This document shows positions 27,285 through 38,769 of a stretch of 64,000 nt of DNA, in pieces (position 1 is the first letter of the stretch; every line of letters begins with the position of its first letter). Origin of the DNA: a bacterium (lineage in GTDB: Bacteria; Electryoneota; Electryoneia; Electryoneales; Electryoneaceae); assembly GCA_963669175.1 (NCBI GenBank), contig OY769902.1, forward strand, positions 2,624,001 through 2,688,000. Reading direction: 5' to 3'. The notes under the pieces were generated by a model that was not told the origin of the DNA, searched no databases, and saw nothing but the letters and a program-made list of their open reading frames with translations. The translations under genes and the position numbers were made by a program.

Positions 27285-30065
27285 CTATTGGGCGAAAATA
27301 GCCACAACACGGTAACTGACCAAAGGATAAGGTAATTCCATCGCCAGATTGTCCGTGTACCATGGCGAAGAAACCACGTCCAGCAATTCCATCGGTTGGA
27401 ACGGATCTGTTCCGCGATAAATACGGTAATAATCAGCCTGGTCAGGACTCCACATCAGGCGCACATGATTTCCTGTCAGGAAAGATACGCGCAGGGAGCG
27501 GACCTCACGCGGGGGTGGTGGATGTGAAGTCAACCGCACATTATCGATAATCCAACCTTCAGAAGGATAAATCGGTGTGTCTGTCTTGTAAAGGAAACGA
27601 ATTCGCAGATATTGTTCATCATTGGTGTAGTTCAATTTGAAAACACTTGTTATCCAGCCTTCCGAATCACCGCCAAAAGCGCCGACATCATTGTAGGGAG
27701 GTGAAGCAAATCCTTTGGGATAGCCATAAGCAGGAGTAACAGCTTGCCAGGTATATCCGTTATTTGTGGATACCTGGACAATGCCGCCGTCATAGCATTG
27801 ATACGCATAATTTGGATTCAGCGCCGTATTGTACCATTGCTCGAAAACCAGGTAAGCGTGCGGCATACCTACAGAACTCAACGGTTGAGGTAATTCCAGA
27901 CAGCTTTCCGATCCTGGTTCCTGTGGGGTTGCATGCCAGGCATGCGTACCATCATAGCTTTGTCCCGGGCCGGTTTCTATTTCGCCCCAAACCCAGGTAT
28001 CTTCCGCGCCTGAGGGTATCATGCCACCATCATCAAACTGAAAATCTGCTTCAAACTTGTGTTCACCTACTGTAACAGTGAACTCGTGAAAACCCAGTTC
28101 CGGTTCATACACGATGTGCGGCACATAGGAATTTTCGGTCAGCTTGATGCGATAACGAATCGTTGTGCCAGGAGCAGGCGGTGAGCCTGAATCGTACATA
28201 TAGGCGCTAAAACGAATCCAGGTCTCCGGCACCCATTCCTGTTGTGGAAGTAAAGGCACACTGGGTTGCGAAACACCATCGTACCAACTCTCAATGATTG
28301 CTTCGTCAAGCGATTCAATTGTTTTTATCCTGCATTCAACCCAGGGCGCCCAGGCGCCAGTCGGGTAACTGGTAATGGGCGGGTGTGGATCGATTTCAGG
28401 TAAGGTGGTGTCACGTGTTTCTACAAAAAGCGTGGGTGTTAACTCTGTACTGTTGCCGGCAAAATCAATTGCACGAACTCTGAAGCCATATGTTTTCAGA
28501 GGAATCAAGTCGGTAATCAGGGTTGACCGGGCATTCAGGCCACGCAGATCAGCGTCCTGTTCATAGGACCACAGATTTGAGGTTGTGTCGATTGTCTCCG
28601 TCGTGTCATAGTACACTTCGTAAGCAGCAAAATTTGGATCGTCTGCGGTTGGGGACCATTCAATGCCAACAAAGTAGTCACTGGCGTATTCAATGGCAGC
28701 CTGGTCCGGCCCGACCGGAGCTGTAGTATCCGGTACATTGACAAAATTATCTACATAAGCAACCAGGGCATCGAGCGCTGGTCCATAATAGGTGAAAAAC
28801 AATCCGAAATTATCAATGGTCGGAGGGATTGGACCATCGTAAAAATCCAGGTAGGTCCATCCAAGATCCTGAAGCTCATCAGGCAATTCGTCAAATTCAA
28901 AGTGGACAAAACCGTCAAGTGATTCGTAAGGATTTCTGCCTTCGTCAACAGCGAACATCTGTTGATTATTTGAATACCCGGGCAAGCTTACATCGTTGGA
29001 TATCTCTGTCCCGCTGGCAACGTGTTCCAGACCGCCGGCATGATAAGCCGCATAGTATTCCCCAACGGTCACCTCATCCTGTCCCTCAGCAATGGTGTTG
29101 GCTGGCAGGATGATTTCAGGGGTGAAGTTGACCCAATCCAGGTGAGCGGACGATAGATCACGCACCGGCCTGTTGGCATAATCATCCAATTGGCCAGGAC
29201 TTATCTGAACCGGGTGCTCATAATCATGGATGTCTGAATCGTAGCTGTGAACCTGGTATATCTGGGGCATCATTCCCTGCGCACGGACCGTGTCAACAAA
29301 GAATTCGGTGAACCATTGAAAAGGCATGTTCCCGTTTCTACTGGGATCCGATATGGAGCGTGCATTGTAAAACTCTCCACCATTCCACAATGCTTCACGG
29401 CTGGTAGCGTGAAAAGCCAGAGTTCCCAGATTGGCCTGGAGGAAGAATTCCATGGCAAACGGGGGCGCTACGAAATCATCGTTGATGTGACAGACCTGGC
29501 TGCATATCCAGGGCACTTCAGCATCCTCGTTCAGGATAAAAATGCCCCAGCCATGATCAAAACTGCCGATTACATCGTCTTCCGGGCCTGCATAATACCC
29601 GCTGTCAACAAATGTTTCGTTCAGAACTTCACGCAATATCCGGTAATGACGATTATAGTCCGTATCGGTAAAATAAACCAGTTCATATGAGTATCCGGCT
29701 TCATCTATCAGCGCTTCCACTTCATCCGCATCATCCAGCCAGAAGGCGCGGAATATCTGCTTCCATGTCGCTTCATATTGCGCAGCATCCTCATCGGCGA
29801 TGTACTGGAAATTGCCGAACCCATTTAACTGGCGATCCAGTTCCACAGGCATGAAATCGTTATGACCACCCGGTTCTGCTGTAGCTTCAACAGTGTGGGA
29901 TATCCAGTTGTCGTAGGCGCAATTCGGTTCGTTGCCCATCAGGAATTGACGCAGGGAACCCGTTTCCTCAATCTGTGCGGAAAGCGAGATCGGAAGGAGA
30001 AAAACCAATTGAAGTAATAGAAACCGGCTGACAAAAGCCAAATCGTTCAAATGTTTTCGTCGCAT
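27285..30065 (-). CDS. Secreted multidomain protein: uncharacterised N-terminal (possibly Zn-hydrolase-like) domain, FN3, MAM/cleaved-adhesin-like jelly-roll, terminal FN3-like domain
   Basis: Signal peptide; DTTAP..W..FAAYEVYY..YGFRVRAIDFAGN (FN3); DGGIVQVSTNNG.TW..GWIIDNV (jelly-roll). Confidence 0.7.
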   Translation of the reverse strand: MRRKHLNDLAFVSRFLLLQLVFLLPISLSAQIEETGSLRQFLMGNEPNCAYDNWISHTVEATAEPGGHNDFMPVELDRQLNGFGNFQYIADEDAAQYEATWKQIFRAFWLDDADEVEALIDEAGYSYELVYFTDTDYNRHYRILREVLNETFVDSGYYAGPEDDVIGSFDHGWGIFILNEDAEVPWICSQVCHINDDFVAPPFAMEFFLQANLGTLAFHATSREALWNGGEFYNARSISDPSRNGNMPFQWFTEFFVDTVRAQGMMPQIYQVHSYDSDIHDYEHPVQISPGQLDDYANRPVRDLSSAHLDWVNFTPEIILPANTIAEGQDEVTVGEYYAAYHAGGLEHVASGTEISNDVSLPGYSNNQQMFAVDEGRNPYESLDGFVHFEFDELPDELQDLGWTYLDFYDGPIPPTIDNFGLFFTYYGPALDALVAYVDNFVNVPDTTAPVGPDQAAIEYASDYFVGIEWSPTADDPNFAAYEVYYDTTETIDTTSNLWSYEQDADLRGLNARSTLITDLIPLKTYGFRVRAIDFAGNSTELTPTLFVETRDTTLPEIDPHPPITSYPTGAWAPWVECRIKTIESLDEAIIESWYDGVSQPSVPLLPQQEWVPETWIRFSAYMYDSGSPPAPGTTIRYRIKLTENSYVPHIVYEPELGFHEFTVTVGEHKFEADFQFDDGGMIPSGAEDTWVWGEIETGPGQSYDGTHAWHATPQEPGSESCLELPQPLSSVGMPHAYLVFEQWYNTALNPNYAYQCYDGGIVQVSTNNGYTWQAVTPAYGYPKGFASPPYNDVGAFGGDSEGWITSVFKLNYTNDEQYLRIRFLYKTDTPIYPSEGWIIDNVRLTSHPPPPREVRSLRVSFLTGNHVRLMWSPDQADYYRIYRGTDPFQPMELLDVVSSPWYTDNLAMELPYPLVSYRVVAIFAQ

Positions 30066-30120
30066 GTAACTAAACTAGGTTAAAATGTTTTCACGCCGCA
30101 AGCTTCTGGCGATTGTGCTC

Positions 30121-31050
30121 CTAAATTTTTTTCTCGAAATACTCAATGGTTTGCTGCAATCCAGTCCGTAATGGAACAACCGGTTCCCAATCCAGAACTT
30201 CACGAGCGCGTGTGATATCAGGTTGTCTCTGAGTGGGATCATCTTGTGGCAGGGGACGATGTTCAATACGAACCGTTGTGCCAACCAGCTCACGTATCGT
30301 GTCAGCAAGTTCAAGGATGGTAAACTCAACCGGATTCCCCAGGTTGACCGGCCTGATTTCGGTTCCGTGTTTCATCAGCAGGATCAGTCCATCAATAAGA
30401 TCATCCACAAAACAAAAGCTTCTTGTCTGATTCCCTTCACCAAAAATGGTCAGCGGCTCACCACGCAATGCCTGAACAATGAAATTGGATACTACCCGTC
30501 CATCGTTTATCGCCATGCGGGGACCATATGTATTGAATATCCTGGCGATACGGATATCCACCTTGTTCATCCTGTGATAGTCCAGCATGAGGCATTCGGC
30601 GGCACGCTTGCCTTCATCATAACAGGAGCGTATACCGATAGGATTCACATTGCCCCAGTATTCTTCCTTCTGAGGATGAATATGCGGATCGCCGTATACC
30701 TCTGAGGTGGAGGCCTGGAGGATGCGCGCATGGGTGCGCTTGGCCAGACCGAGCATGTTAATTGTGCCCATTACAGAAGTCTTGATCGTCTTGACCGGGT
30801 TGTACTGATAGTGAATCGGCGAAGCAGGACAGGCGAGATTGAATATCCAGTCGGTTTCGAGCATAATGCTTTCAGTGATATCATGCCGAATGAGCTCGAA
30901 ATGGTCATGGTCCAGCAAGTGACGAATATTGTCTTTGCTGGAGGTAAAGAAATTATCCAGGCAGATCACATCATGACCGTCATTAATCAGACGATCTACC
31001 AGGTGGCTGCCAAGGAAACCGGCTCCGCCTGTTACGACTACTCGTTTCAT
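30121..31050 (-). CDS. uxs: UDP-glucuronic acid decarboxylase (UDP-xylose synthase)
   Basis: [56 protein letters not shown]. Confidence 0.92.
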   Translation of the reverse strand: MKRVVVTGGAGFLGSHLVDRLINDGHDVICLDNFFTSSKDNIRHLLDHDHFELIRHDITESIMLETDWIFNLACPASPIHYQYNPVKTIKTSVMGTINMLGLAKRTHARILQASTSEVYGDPHIHPQKEEYWGNVNPIGIRSCYDEGKRAAECLMLDYHRMNKVDIRIARIFNTYGPRMAINDGRVVSNFIVQALRGEPLTIFGEGNQTRSFCFVDDLIDGLILLMKHGTEIRPVNLGNPVEFTILELADTIRELVGTTVRIEHRPLPQDDPTQRQPDITRAREVLDWEPVVPLRTGLQQTIEYFEKKI

Positions 31051-31239
31051 GCTTTGCCCCTTTTCCAGCTCGTGAACTGAAACACTACATCGTCATTTTA
31101 AAGTCGTTCAAAAAAGTCGTTGCCGTTTCAGATTGGCGGCTGTTTCTTTCTGGCACTGAATATCTGTCTTGTATAGGGTATGATTCTCGCTGGTTGCCCC
31201 CTATGGGCTATATTCACGTAAATAGATACATGATAAATA

Positions 31240-31404
31240 CATCATTCATCATTCATCATTCATCATGCATGCATACATGTAAACAAACAAACAAACAAAC
31301 ATACAAACATACAAACAAACAAACAAACATACATACATACATACATACATACATACATACATGCATACATACATACATACATACATACTTACTTACTTAC
31401 ATAC
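31240..31404. repeat. Compound microsatellite: (CATCATT)n then ~35 tetranucleotide units shifting ATGC/AAAC/ATAC/TTAC
   Basis: Read directly from the sequence; ends ~10 bp from the MITE copy at 31414. Confidence 0.95.
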
Positions 31405-31413
31405 GTATTTGTT

Positions 31414-31618
31414 TTAGCAGGCTTTAGCCTGCTCCTCTTAGCCCCCGGCTTTAGCCGGGGGAACAGGGATAACAACGATTTGAGCGCCCTTTAGGGTGCT
31501 TTCCTGGTTCGTCCTGATTTTGTCTCGAAAAGCACGCTAAAGCGCGCTCATAGCTATTGTTATATCCTTCCACCCGGCTGAAGCCGGGTGCTAAGAGGAG
31601 CCTGCTGAAGCAGGCTAA
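31414..31618. mobile_element. ~205-bp MITE/REPIN-like palindromic element (copy 2, inverted relative to 6347-6552)
   Basis: Same six hairpins; the arms are nearly identical to copy 1 and the spacers are diverged. Confidence 0.85.
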
Positions 31619-31818
31619 GCGTATTGACAATTCCCTGTTGTCCAATTATTTGATTCCATTTGCATGATTATATGCGATATAAAATCATTGTTATTAAACA
31701 GATTATGATTGTCATGTTCTTTCTCTGTGGGGCAGGCTCGACTTTGTCTGCAGTCAGAGCCCGCTGAATCAGGCTAATCGCTTTGGAATCAGCCTTGGCT
31801 TTCGAGAAATACAGTAAT

Positions 31819-32376
31819 CTACTCAATAATGATTACCGTCACCTTCCCGGGGCCATGCACCCCCAGGACAAGTTCTTTCTCTATATCGGCAGTTCTGCTT
31901 GGCCCGGACACAAAGATGGCATTGCGATCCTGTGAATCGGAATTTGCCCAAAGTTCGAAAAGCGCGGCAACATTATCAACCACATTCTTCTTTTCAATCA
32001 ACATAATATGATGTAGAGGCAACAGGCTGACCTGTCGCGGGTCAGGATCGCCTGTAGGCAACAATGCTGTTCCTGTTTCCACAGCAATCCCAACCGCGCC
32101 GGTGATGCCGGCATCCGTCTCAGCCAGTTTCTCCCGCCACGTTTCTATTCCTTTACCGGCTTTAGGCATACGCAGCATGCTGAGGCCGGAACCTTTCCAG
32201 TCTTTAACCAGAAAAGCCTTTGACACAATTGTGTCATTGGATAGTGCCAGTGAAGTGATATGGTTCTGCTTGAAAACTTTTTCCAGCGTAGTATGAAGAT
32301 TGTCTGCTTTGGTGACAACCAGGGTTGCATCCAGTTCAACCAGGACCTCACGAAGTTGAGTCAGTTTTTTATTCAT
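31819..32376 (-). CDS. lutC: LUD-domain lactate utilisation protein C
   Basis: AVETGT, VSLLPLHH, SGPSRTADIEKELVLGVHGP; the ATG overlaps the lutB stop. Confidence 0.85.
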   Translation of the reverse strand: MNKKLTQLREVLVELDATLVVTKADNLHTTLEKVFKQNHITSLALSNDTIVSKAFLVKDWKGSGLSMLRMPKAGKGIETWREKLAETDAGITGAVGIAVETGTALLPTGDPDPRQVSLLPLHHIMLIEKKNVVDNVAALFELWANSDSQDRNAIFVSGPSRTADIEKELVLGVHGPGKVTVIIIE

Positions 32377-33766
32377 CGTCCGCACCCCCGTCTTTCCGGT
32401 TTTCAAAGAGATCCCTGAACGCTTTGGGCGCCAGGGTGGGGCTGGTTCTTCCCGTTGACCAGCCTGGAACGGGGAAATCGCGTCCCGGCCAGAAACGTTG
32501 AGCAGTTCTGGCTAACGCTGTAGCCTGCTCGTAACGGTTCGAATCGGACATCATGTATTTGAACAAACTCCAGATTTTTTGTTCCGAAGCCTTGCCCGGA
32601 ATATTTTCAGTGATCCGCTTCCGTAAAAGCAGCATCAATTCCGGGAGCGGAATGGAGGCAGGGCATATCGCTTCACAGGCTCCGCAAAGGCTGCTGGCGA
32701 AAGGATGATCGGGGGCTTCTTCCAGACCATATAGGGCCGGAGCCAGCACTTTCCCGATGGGGCCGGGATAAACGCCACCGTAAGGATGCCCGCCGAGCTG
32801 CTGATATACCGGGCAGGTATTCAGACAGGCTCCGCAACGGATACAACGTAGAACCGGACGCAATTCTTCATCCGCATAGAGCGATTTACGTCCATTATCC
32901 ACGATAATGACATGGACTTCACGTGGACCGACCGGGCCGGGCGCCGGGCCATGTGTCAGGTTGAGATAGACGGTTGTTTTCTGGCCCGTAGCGCTTCTTG
33001 CCAGGAATTGCCACAGCATGGACAGGTTTCCCAGGCTTTTCGTAACACGTTCCCATCCGAGCAGGGCGATAACCACTTTCGGCGTGGATGTAACCATCCT
33101 GCCATTGCCTTCATTGGTAACGGTTGCCAGGTGTCCGGTTTCCGCAACGGCAAAATTCACACCGCACATGCCTGCTTCTGAAGACAGGAATTCTTTTCTA
33201 AGTGTTTCACGAGCGATTTGAGTCAGTTCGGACGGGTCTTCGGTATATTCGATCCCCAGTTTTTCTGCGAAAAGCTGACCGATTTCCACACGTGTGAGGT
33301 GCATGGCCGGCATGGTAATATGACTGGGATGCTCGCCACGCAGTTGGACGATATATTCGCCCAGGTCCGTTTCAAAGGGGACGATCCCGTGCTGTTCCAG
33401 AAAAGGATTAATTTCGATTTCTTCGGATAGCATCGATTTCGATTTGAGGATTTTATTAATCCCGTGTCCCTGCAGAATATTCAGCACCGTTTCGCGTGCA
33501 GATTGGGCATCAACCGCTTCATGGGCGATGATGCCATTCGCAGCCCATTTCTCCCGCAGCTTTTCGTGTAATTCTTCCAGATGTTCGATGTCGTCAATAC
33601 GTTTTCGGGAAAGATCGGCGCGTTTTTCCTGGAAATCCGGCCATTCATCCTTCCTGAGGTTCCTGGCGCGAACCGCTTTGACAGTATTTTTCTTATAGGG
33701 GAGAGGACCGTCCGGTCGCTCTGCAATGACTGTTTTGATGTTCTTCTTGAAATCACGCATGCTCAT
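32369..33766 (-). CDS. lutB: Lactate utilisation Fe-S protein B
   Basis: KSKSM, ETDLGEYIVQL, PSHI, TNEGNGR, CIRCGACLNTCPVY, SSLCGACEAICP. Confidence 0.92.
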   Translation of the reverse strand: MSMRDFKKNIKTVIAERPDGPLPYKKNTVKAVRARNLRKDEWPDFQEKRADLSRKRIDDIEHLEELHEKLREKWAANGIIAHEAVDAQSARETVLNILQGHGINKILKSKSMLSEEIEINPFLEQHGIVPFETDLGEYIVQLRGEHPSHITMPAMHLTRVEIGQLFAEKLGIEYTEDPSELTQIARETLRKEFLSSEAGMCGVNFAVAETGHLATVTNEGNGRMVTSTPKVVIALLGWERVTKSLGNLSMLWQFLARSATGQKTTVYLNLTHGPAPGPVGPREVHVIIVDNGRKSLYADEELRPVLRCIRCGACLNTCPVYQQLGGHPYGGVYPGPIGKVLAPALYGLEEAPDHPFASSLCGACEAICPASIPLPELMLLLRKRITENIPGKASEQKIWSLFKYMMSDSNRYEQATALARTAQRFWPGRDFPVPGWSTGRTSPTLAPKAFRDLFENRKDGGADDE

Positions 33767-34491
33767 GCGAGGAACTCCCCGCCGGCAAGAATGCGGGCGT
33801 AGTGCAAGGTTTTAATCGGAATGCGTTTCTTCTGCAACATCCCGGACAGATGCATCAGGCAGGAATCATCTGTCGCTGTGATCACATCAGCGCCCGTACG
33901 CAAAACTGCCTGGATTTTATCTTCACCCATGGATGTGGACAGCTCGGGAAACTTGGCCGAAAATGTTCCGCCGAAGCCACAACAGGCGTGTAAATCATCC
34001 GGCTCAACCAGGTCTATTCCTTTTACCTTCTGCAGCAAAGACCTTGGTTGATCATAGATTCCCAGCTCACGATACCCATGACAGGAAGTATGATACGCCA
34101 CTTTATGGTGAAAGGATGACTCAACGTCATTCCATCTCAGATGATCAACCAGGAATTCACTCAGTTCAAAGACCCGACTCTTCAGGCGCTCGTATTCTTC
34201 AGCAATGCTTTTGTCAAAATTCAGGGAAGCATAATGTTTCCTGACCATGGCAACACAGCTTGCGGAAGGAGCGACAACCGCTTCAGACTGGCTAAAAAGA
34301 CGGATGAATTTCTCTGCGAGAACCTGGGCATCTTTATGATACCCGGAATTGAAAGCAGGTTGACCACAACAGGTCTGCTCGCGGTTATAGCGGACCTTGC
34401 ACCCGGCTTTTTCCAGGAGATGGACTGTCGCCAGACCCGTCCTTGGAAACACCTGGTCAACAAAACAGGGAATGAATAGATCGATGGTCAA
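33763..34491 (-). CDS. lutA: Lactate utilisation protein A (two CCG domains)
   Basis: LFIPCFVDQ, QTCCGQPAFNSG, PSASC, HTSCH, CCGFGGTFS, SCLMHL; TTG start at 34491 with a GAGG RBS. Confidence 0.9.
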   Translation of the reverse strand: MTIDLFIPCFVDQVFPRTGLATVHLLEKAGCKVRYNREQTCCGQPAFNSGYHKDAQVLAEKFIRLFSQSEAVVAPSASCVAMVRKHYASLNFDKSIAEEYERLKSRVFELSEFLVDHLRWNDVESSFHHKVAYHTSCHGYRELGIYDQPRSLLQKVKGIDLVEPDDLHACCGFGGTFSAKFPELSTSMGEDKIQAVLRTGADVITATDDSCLMHLSGMLQKKRIPIKTLHYARILAGGEFLA

Positions 34492-34511
34492 GGCAGCCTC
34501 GTGTTGAGAAT

Positions 34512-34537
34512 AAAAAACCCGGGAAACCTCCCGGGTG
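34512..34537 (-). terminator. Terminator-like hairpin after ugd
   Basis: ACCCGGGA-GGTT-TCCCGGGT followed by TTTTT on the minus strand. Confidence 0.6.
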
Positions 34538-34575
34538 TAAGATCGACTACACAAGCCCCATGATCAATAGCTATG

Positions 34576-35880
34576 TCAGTTTTTCCTGCCGATGCAAAAA
34601 TAGGTGAGACCCTTTTGAGCCATATAGATCGGATCATACAGGTTGCGTCCGTCGAAGACGACTTTGTCCTTCAGAATCGAAGCGATCCGTTCGAAGTCCG
34701 GTGAACGGAAATCGATCCATTCAGTCACCACTACCAGGGCATCCGCACCCTCAAGAGCCTGGTATTCATTGTCGGCAAAATCAATTTTATTGCCAAAAAT
34801 TCCACGAGCCACATCCATCGCAGCGGGATCGTAGGCAGCAACACTTGCTCCTGTCTCGAGAAGAGCATTGATCAGGACGATTGATGATGCCTCACGCATA
34901 TCATCCGTTTCAGGCTTGAAGGAAAGACCCCAGACAGCAATTCGTTTTCCGGCAATCTTGTCGCCATAGAAGGATTGCAGTTTCTGGAAAAGAACGCGCT
35001 TTTGTTTCTCGTTCACACTTTCTGTGGCGGAAATCAACTCCAGGTTCACACCGACTTCCTGTGCTGTGCGCAGGATTGCCTTGACATCCTTCGGGAAGCA
35101 GGAACCGCCATACCCAGCGCCGGCAAAGAGGAAATGCTTGCCAATACGTGGGTCCGAGCTTATCCCGCGCCTGATATCACGAATATCCGCGCCGACTTCC
35201 TCACACAAGCGTGACATTTCGTTCATGAAGGAAATCTTCATGGCGAGGAAGGAATTCGCAGTGTACTTGGTCAATTCTGCCGAGGGTACATCCATCACGA
35301 CAATCGGATGGCCCGTGCGAGTGAAAGGCTCATAAAGCCTCTCCATGATTTCAGTCGCCTTGGGATCATCGGAACCGATGACAACGCGATCCGGATAGAG
35401 GAAGTCGTTGATCGCGGCGCCCTCTTTCAGGAATTCCGGGTTGGACACAACCGCGAAATCATGATCCGTAAACTTCTTTATCGTTGCTGTAACCTTCGCT
35501 GCTGTCCCTACCGGGACAGTGCTTTTGTCCACCACAACCTTATAGCCGTTCATTGCCTGGCCGATGCCTTCTGCGACCGCCAGGACATGTTGCAGGTCAG
35601 CGCTTCCATCCTCATCAGGAGGAGTACCCACGGCAATCAGGATAACCTCTGCCTGTTGAATGGCATCGCTTAAACTTGTTGTAAAGAACAGGCGTTCTTT
35701 GCGAACCCCGTCACGCACCAGCGTTTCCAGACCGGGTTCATAAATCGGGATGTGACCCTGACGCAACTTTTCAATCTTGGCTTCATCAATATCTACACAG
35801 GTGACATGGTTACCTGTGGATGCGAAGCAGGCGCCGGCTACCAGGCCAACATACCCAGTTCCTACTACGGCCATCCGCAT
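34576..35880 (-). CDS. ugd: UDP-glucose 6-dehydrogenase
   Basis: GTGYVGL, IAVGTP, KSTVPVGT, SNPEFLKEG, GYGGSCFPKD, FKPETDDMRE, DGRNLY. Confidence 0.95.
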   Translation of the reverse strand: MRMAVVGTGYVGLVAGACFASTGNHVTCVDIDEAKIEKLRQGHIPIYEPGLETLVRDGVRKERLFFTTSLSDAIQQAEVILIAVGTPPDEDGSADLQHVLAVAEGIGQAMNGYKVVVDKSTVPVGTAAKVTATIKKFTDHDFAVVSNPEFLKEGAAINDFLYPDRVVIGSDDPKATEIMERLYEPFTRTGHPIVVMDVPSAELTKYTANSFLAMKISFMNEMSRLCEEVGADIRDIRRGISSDPRIGKHFLFAGAGYGGSCFPKDVKAILRTAQEVGVNLELISATESVNEKQKRVLFQKLQSFYGDKIAGKRIAVWGLSFKPETDDMREASSIVLINALLETGASVAAYDPAAMDVARGIFGNKIDFADNEYQALEGADALVVVTEWIDFRSPDFERIASILKDKVVFDGRNLYDPIYMAQKGLTYFCIGRKN

Positions 35881-36114
35881 GAGATGTTTCCTTATCTGGC
35901 TTGACTTTGTGACTCAACATGACACTGAAACCCAACTTAACTCCACTTGGTTCCAGATGCCAAACTAGGTTCATACTGTTGCCTCATCATTTGCAAACTG
36001 TTCCGCTTTTATTGGATTCAGCGGAGGCGATGAGGTAACAGCTTGATATTCTTAATGGATATGAAACCTGCTCTGAGAAGATTATGGTTAGCAGCAATAT
36101 CTCGATATGTCAGG

Positions 36115-36915
36115 TTAATGTGAAGAGTTGTGCAGCAGACCTACGAGATCGGAAGAAGAGGCTGCGTCGAAAGGTGTACCGGAAAAGTCTCCATAATAAT
36201 GCTTGATAGAAAAACCAGCCTCAGAAGCTGCCTGCTCCAGCTCAAGCTTGCGCCAGGGGTGCAATTCTGTCGAATAGATCGAATGCATCCATCGCTGGCC
36301 AACACGTTGAAAATGGACAATATTGAAGCGAACATGATCTTCTTCGAAGTCGTTGAACCTGAAGAAAATCTGTTCTGAATCAGCTTCCCGGAATGTCGTG
36401 GGAAACTGGAACCGGTCTTTTTCTTCCATTAAGCGATCATAGTTTCTATTCTGAAATACGAATACACCATCCGGTTTGAGAATACTGGAGATATTCGACA
36501 GCGCCAAAACGAGTTGATCCCTGTTTGCCAGGTGCGGGAGGGAGTTTCCCAGGGCAACAACCGCATCAAACGGACCATCGACAAGTGAAGGGAATGAAAG
36601 GAAATCCGCCTCAACAAAATCAATGGTGCCACTTCCGTCTGTTGTTTGTTCTTTTTGCGTAAACAGGGGAAGCCCGTCTTTTCCTTCGCCACGAGCGATG
36701 CGCAGCATGGCGGGGGAGGGGTCTACAGCAACTACATCGCATCCCCATTTCTGGAAAAGCTTGCTGTGATGACCGGTTCCACAGCCAAGATCGAGCACGC
36801 GTTTGATTCGTTTTTCGCTGAAGAGACGCTGGAAAAAAGGCGCTTCACGTTCAAGACGCTGCTTCCAGCGAATCATCAAGTCATATTTCTCGTCAAGCGA
36901 ATCGTACATGGACAT
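36115..36915 (-). CDS. Class I SAM-dependent methyltransferase (glycine/sarcosine N-methyltransferase-like)
   Basis: VLDLGCGTG motif I; FDAVVALGNSLPHL; LKPDGVF..RNYD. Confidence 0.8.
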   Translation of the reverse strand: MSMYDSLDEKYDLMIRWKQRLEREAPFFQRLFSEKRIKRVLDLGCGTGHHSKLFQKWGCDVVAVDPSPAMLRIARGEGKDGLPLFTQKEQTTDGSGTIDFVEADFLSFPSLVDGPFDAVVALGNSLPHLANRDQLVLALSNISSILKPDGVFVFQNRNYDRLMEEKDRFQFPTTFREADSEQIFFRFNDFEEDHVRFNIVHFQRVGQRWMHSIYSTELHPWRKLELEQAASEAGFSIKHYYGDFSGTPFDAASSSDLVGLLHNSSH

Positions 36916-36922
36916 CGTGGCT

Positions 36923-37276
36923 TCAATCCTTCTGCATCACATCTGCGGAATCGTCAACCGTCTCGTATTGGATTCGGAGCACGGTCTCTCCCGGTTTCTG
37001 CATTCCCATCCGCCGGGCTTCCTCTTCAATAACTGTAGCGTCTTTCTCTTCCAGTAGCTGAATCTGCTGTTCAAGCTCTGCCTTTTCACTTTGCAGGCGG
37101 CTGATTTCAGTATTCAACTGATCATTTTCACTTTTTAATTCGAGCACACGAATAATACCACCTTCGCGCCCGAAAATGATATAGATGCCCAACAGGATCA
37201 ACGCTATCAACGTAATGCGCGGCCACCAGCGTTGAACCTGTTGAGCAACAAGCGAAGCCTTGTTTCGATCAGCCAT
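36923..37276 (-). CDS. ftsB: Septum formation initiator (FtsB/DivIC)
   Basis: Single TM helix, coiled coil, IEEEARRMGMQKPGE; conserved position after eno. Confidence 0.85.
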   Translation of the reverse strand: MADRNKASLVAQQVQRWWPRITLIALILLGIYIIFGREGGIIRVLELKSENDQLNTEISRLQSEKAELEQQIQLLEEKDATVIEEEARRMGMQKPGETVLRIQYETVDDSADVMQKD

Positions 37277-37305
37277 AGATCGATCAGCGCTTTTGTGTCA
37301 GGATG

Positions 37306-38622
<1,317 letters not shown>

Positions 38623-38769
38623 TCATCCAATACTGGAAAACTCCAGACTTGAATGTACAACATGTTTTGTGATCATAAAACAAACCCGGCTCAATTGAAG
38701 CCGGGAGGAAAGAACGTACTGAACCTTACACTTCAGTCAACAAAATCCGTGTACACATAAGGGTTTTGC

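Noticed and set aside
31194-31645. Short ORFs over the microsatellite and MITE; also 6002-6457 and 2387-2607
   Set aside because: Translations of non-coding repeats.
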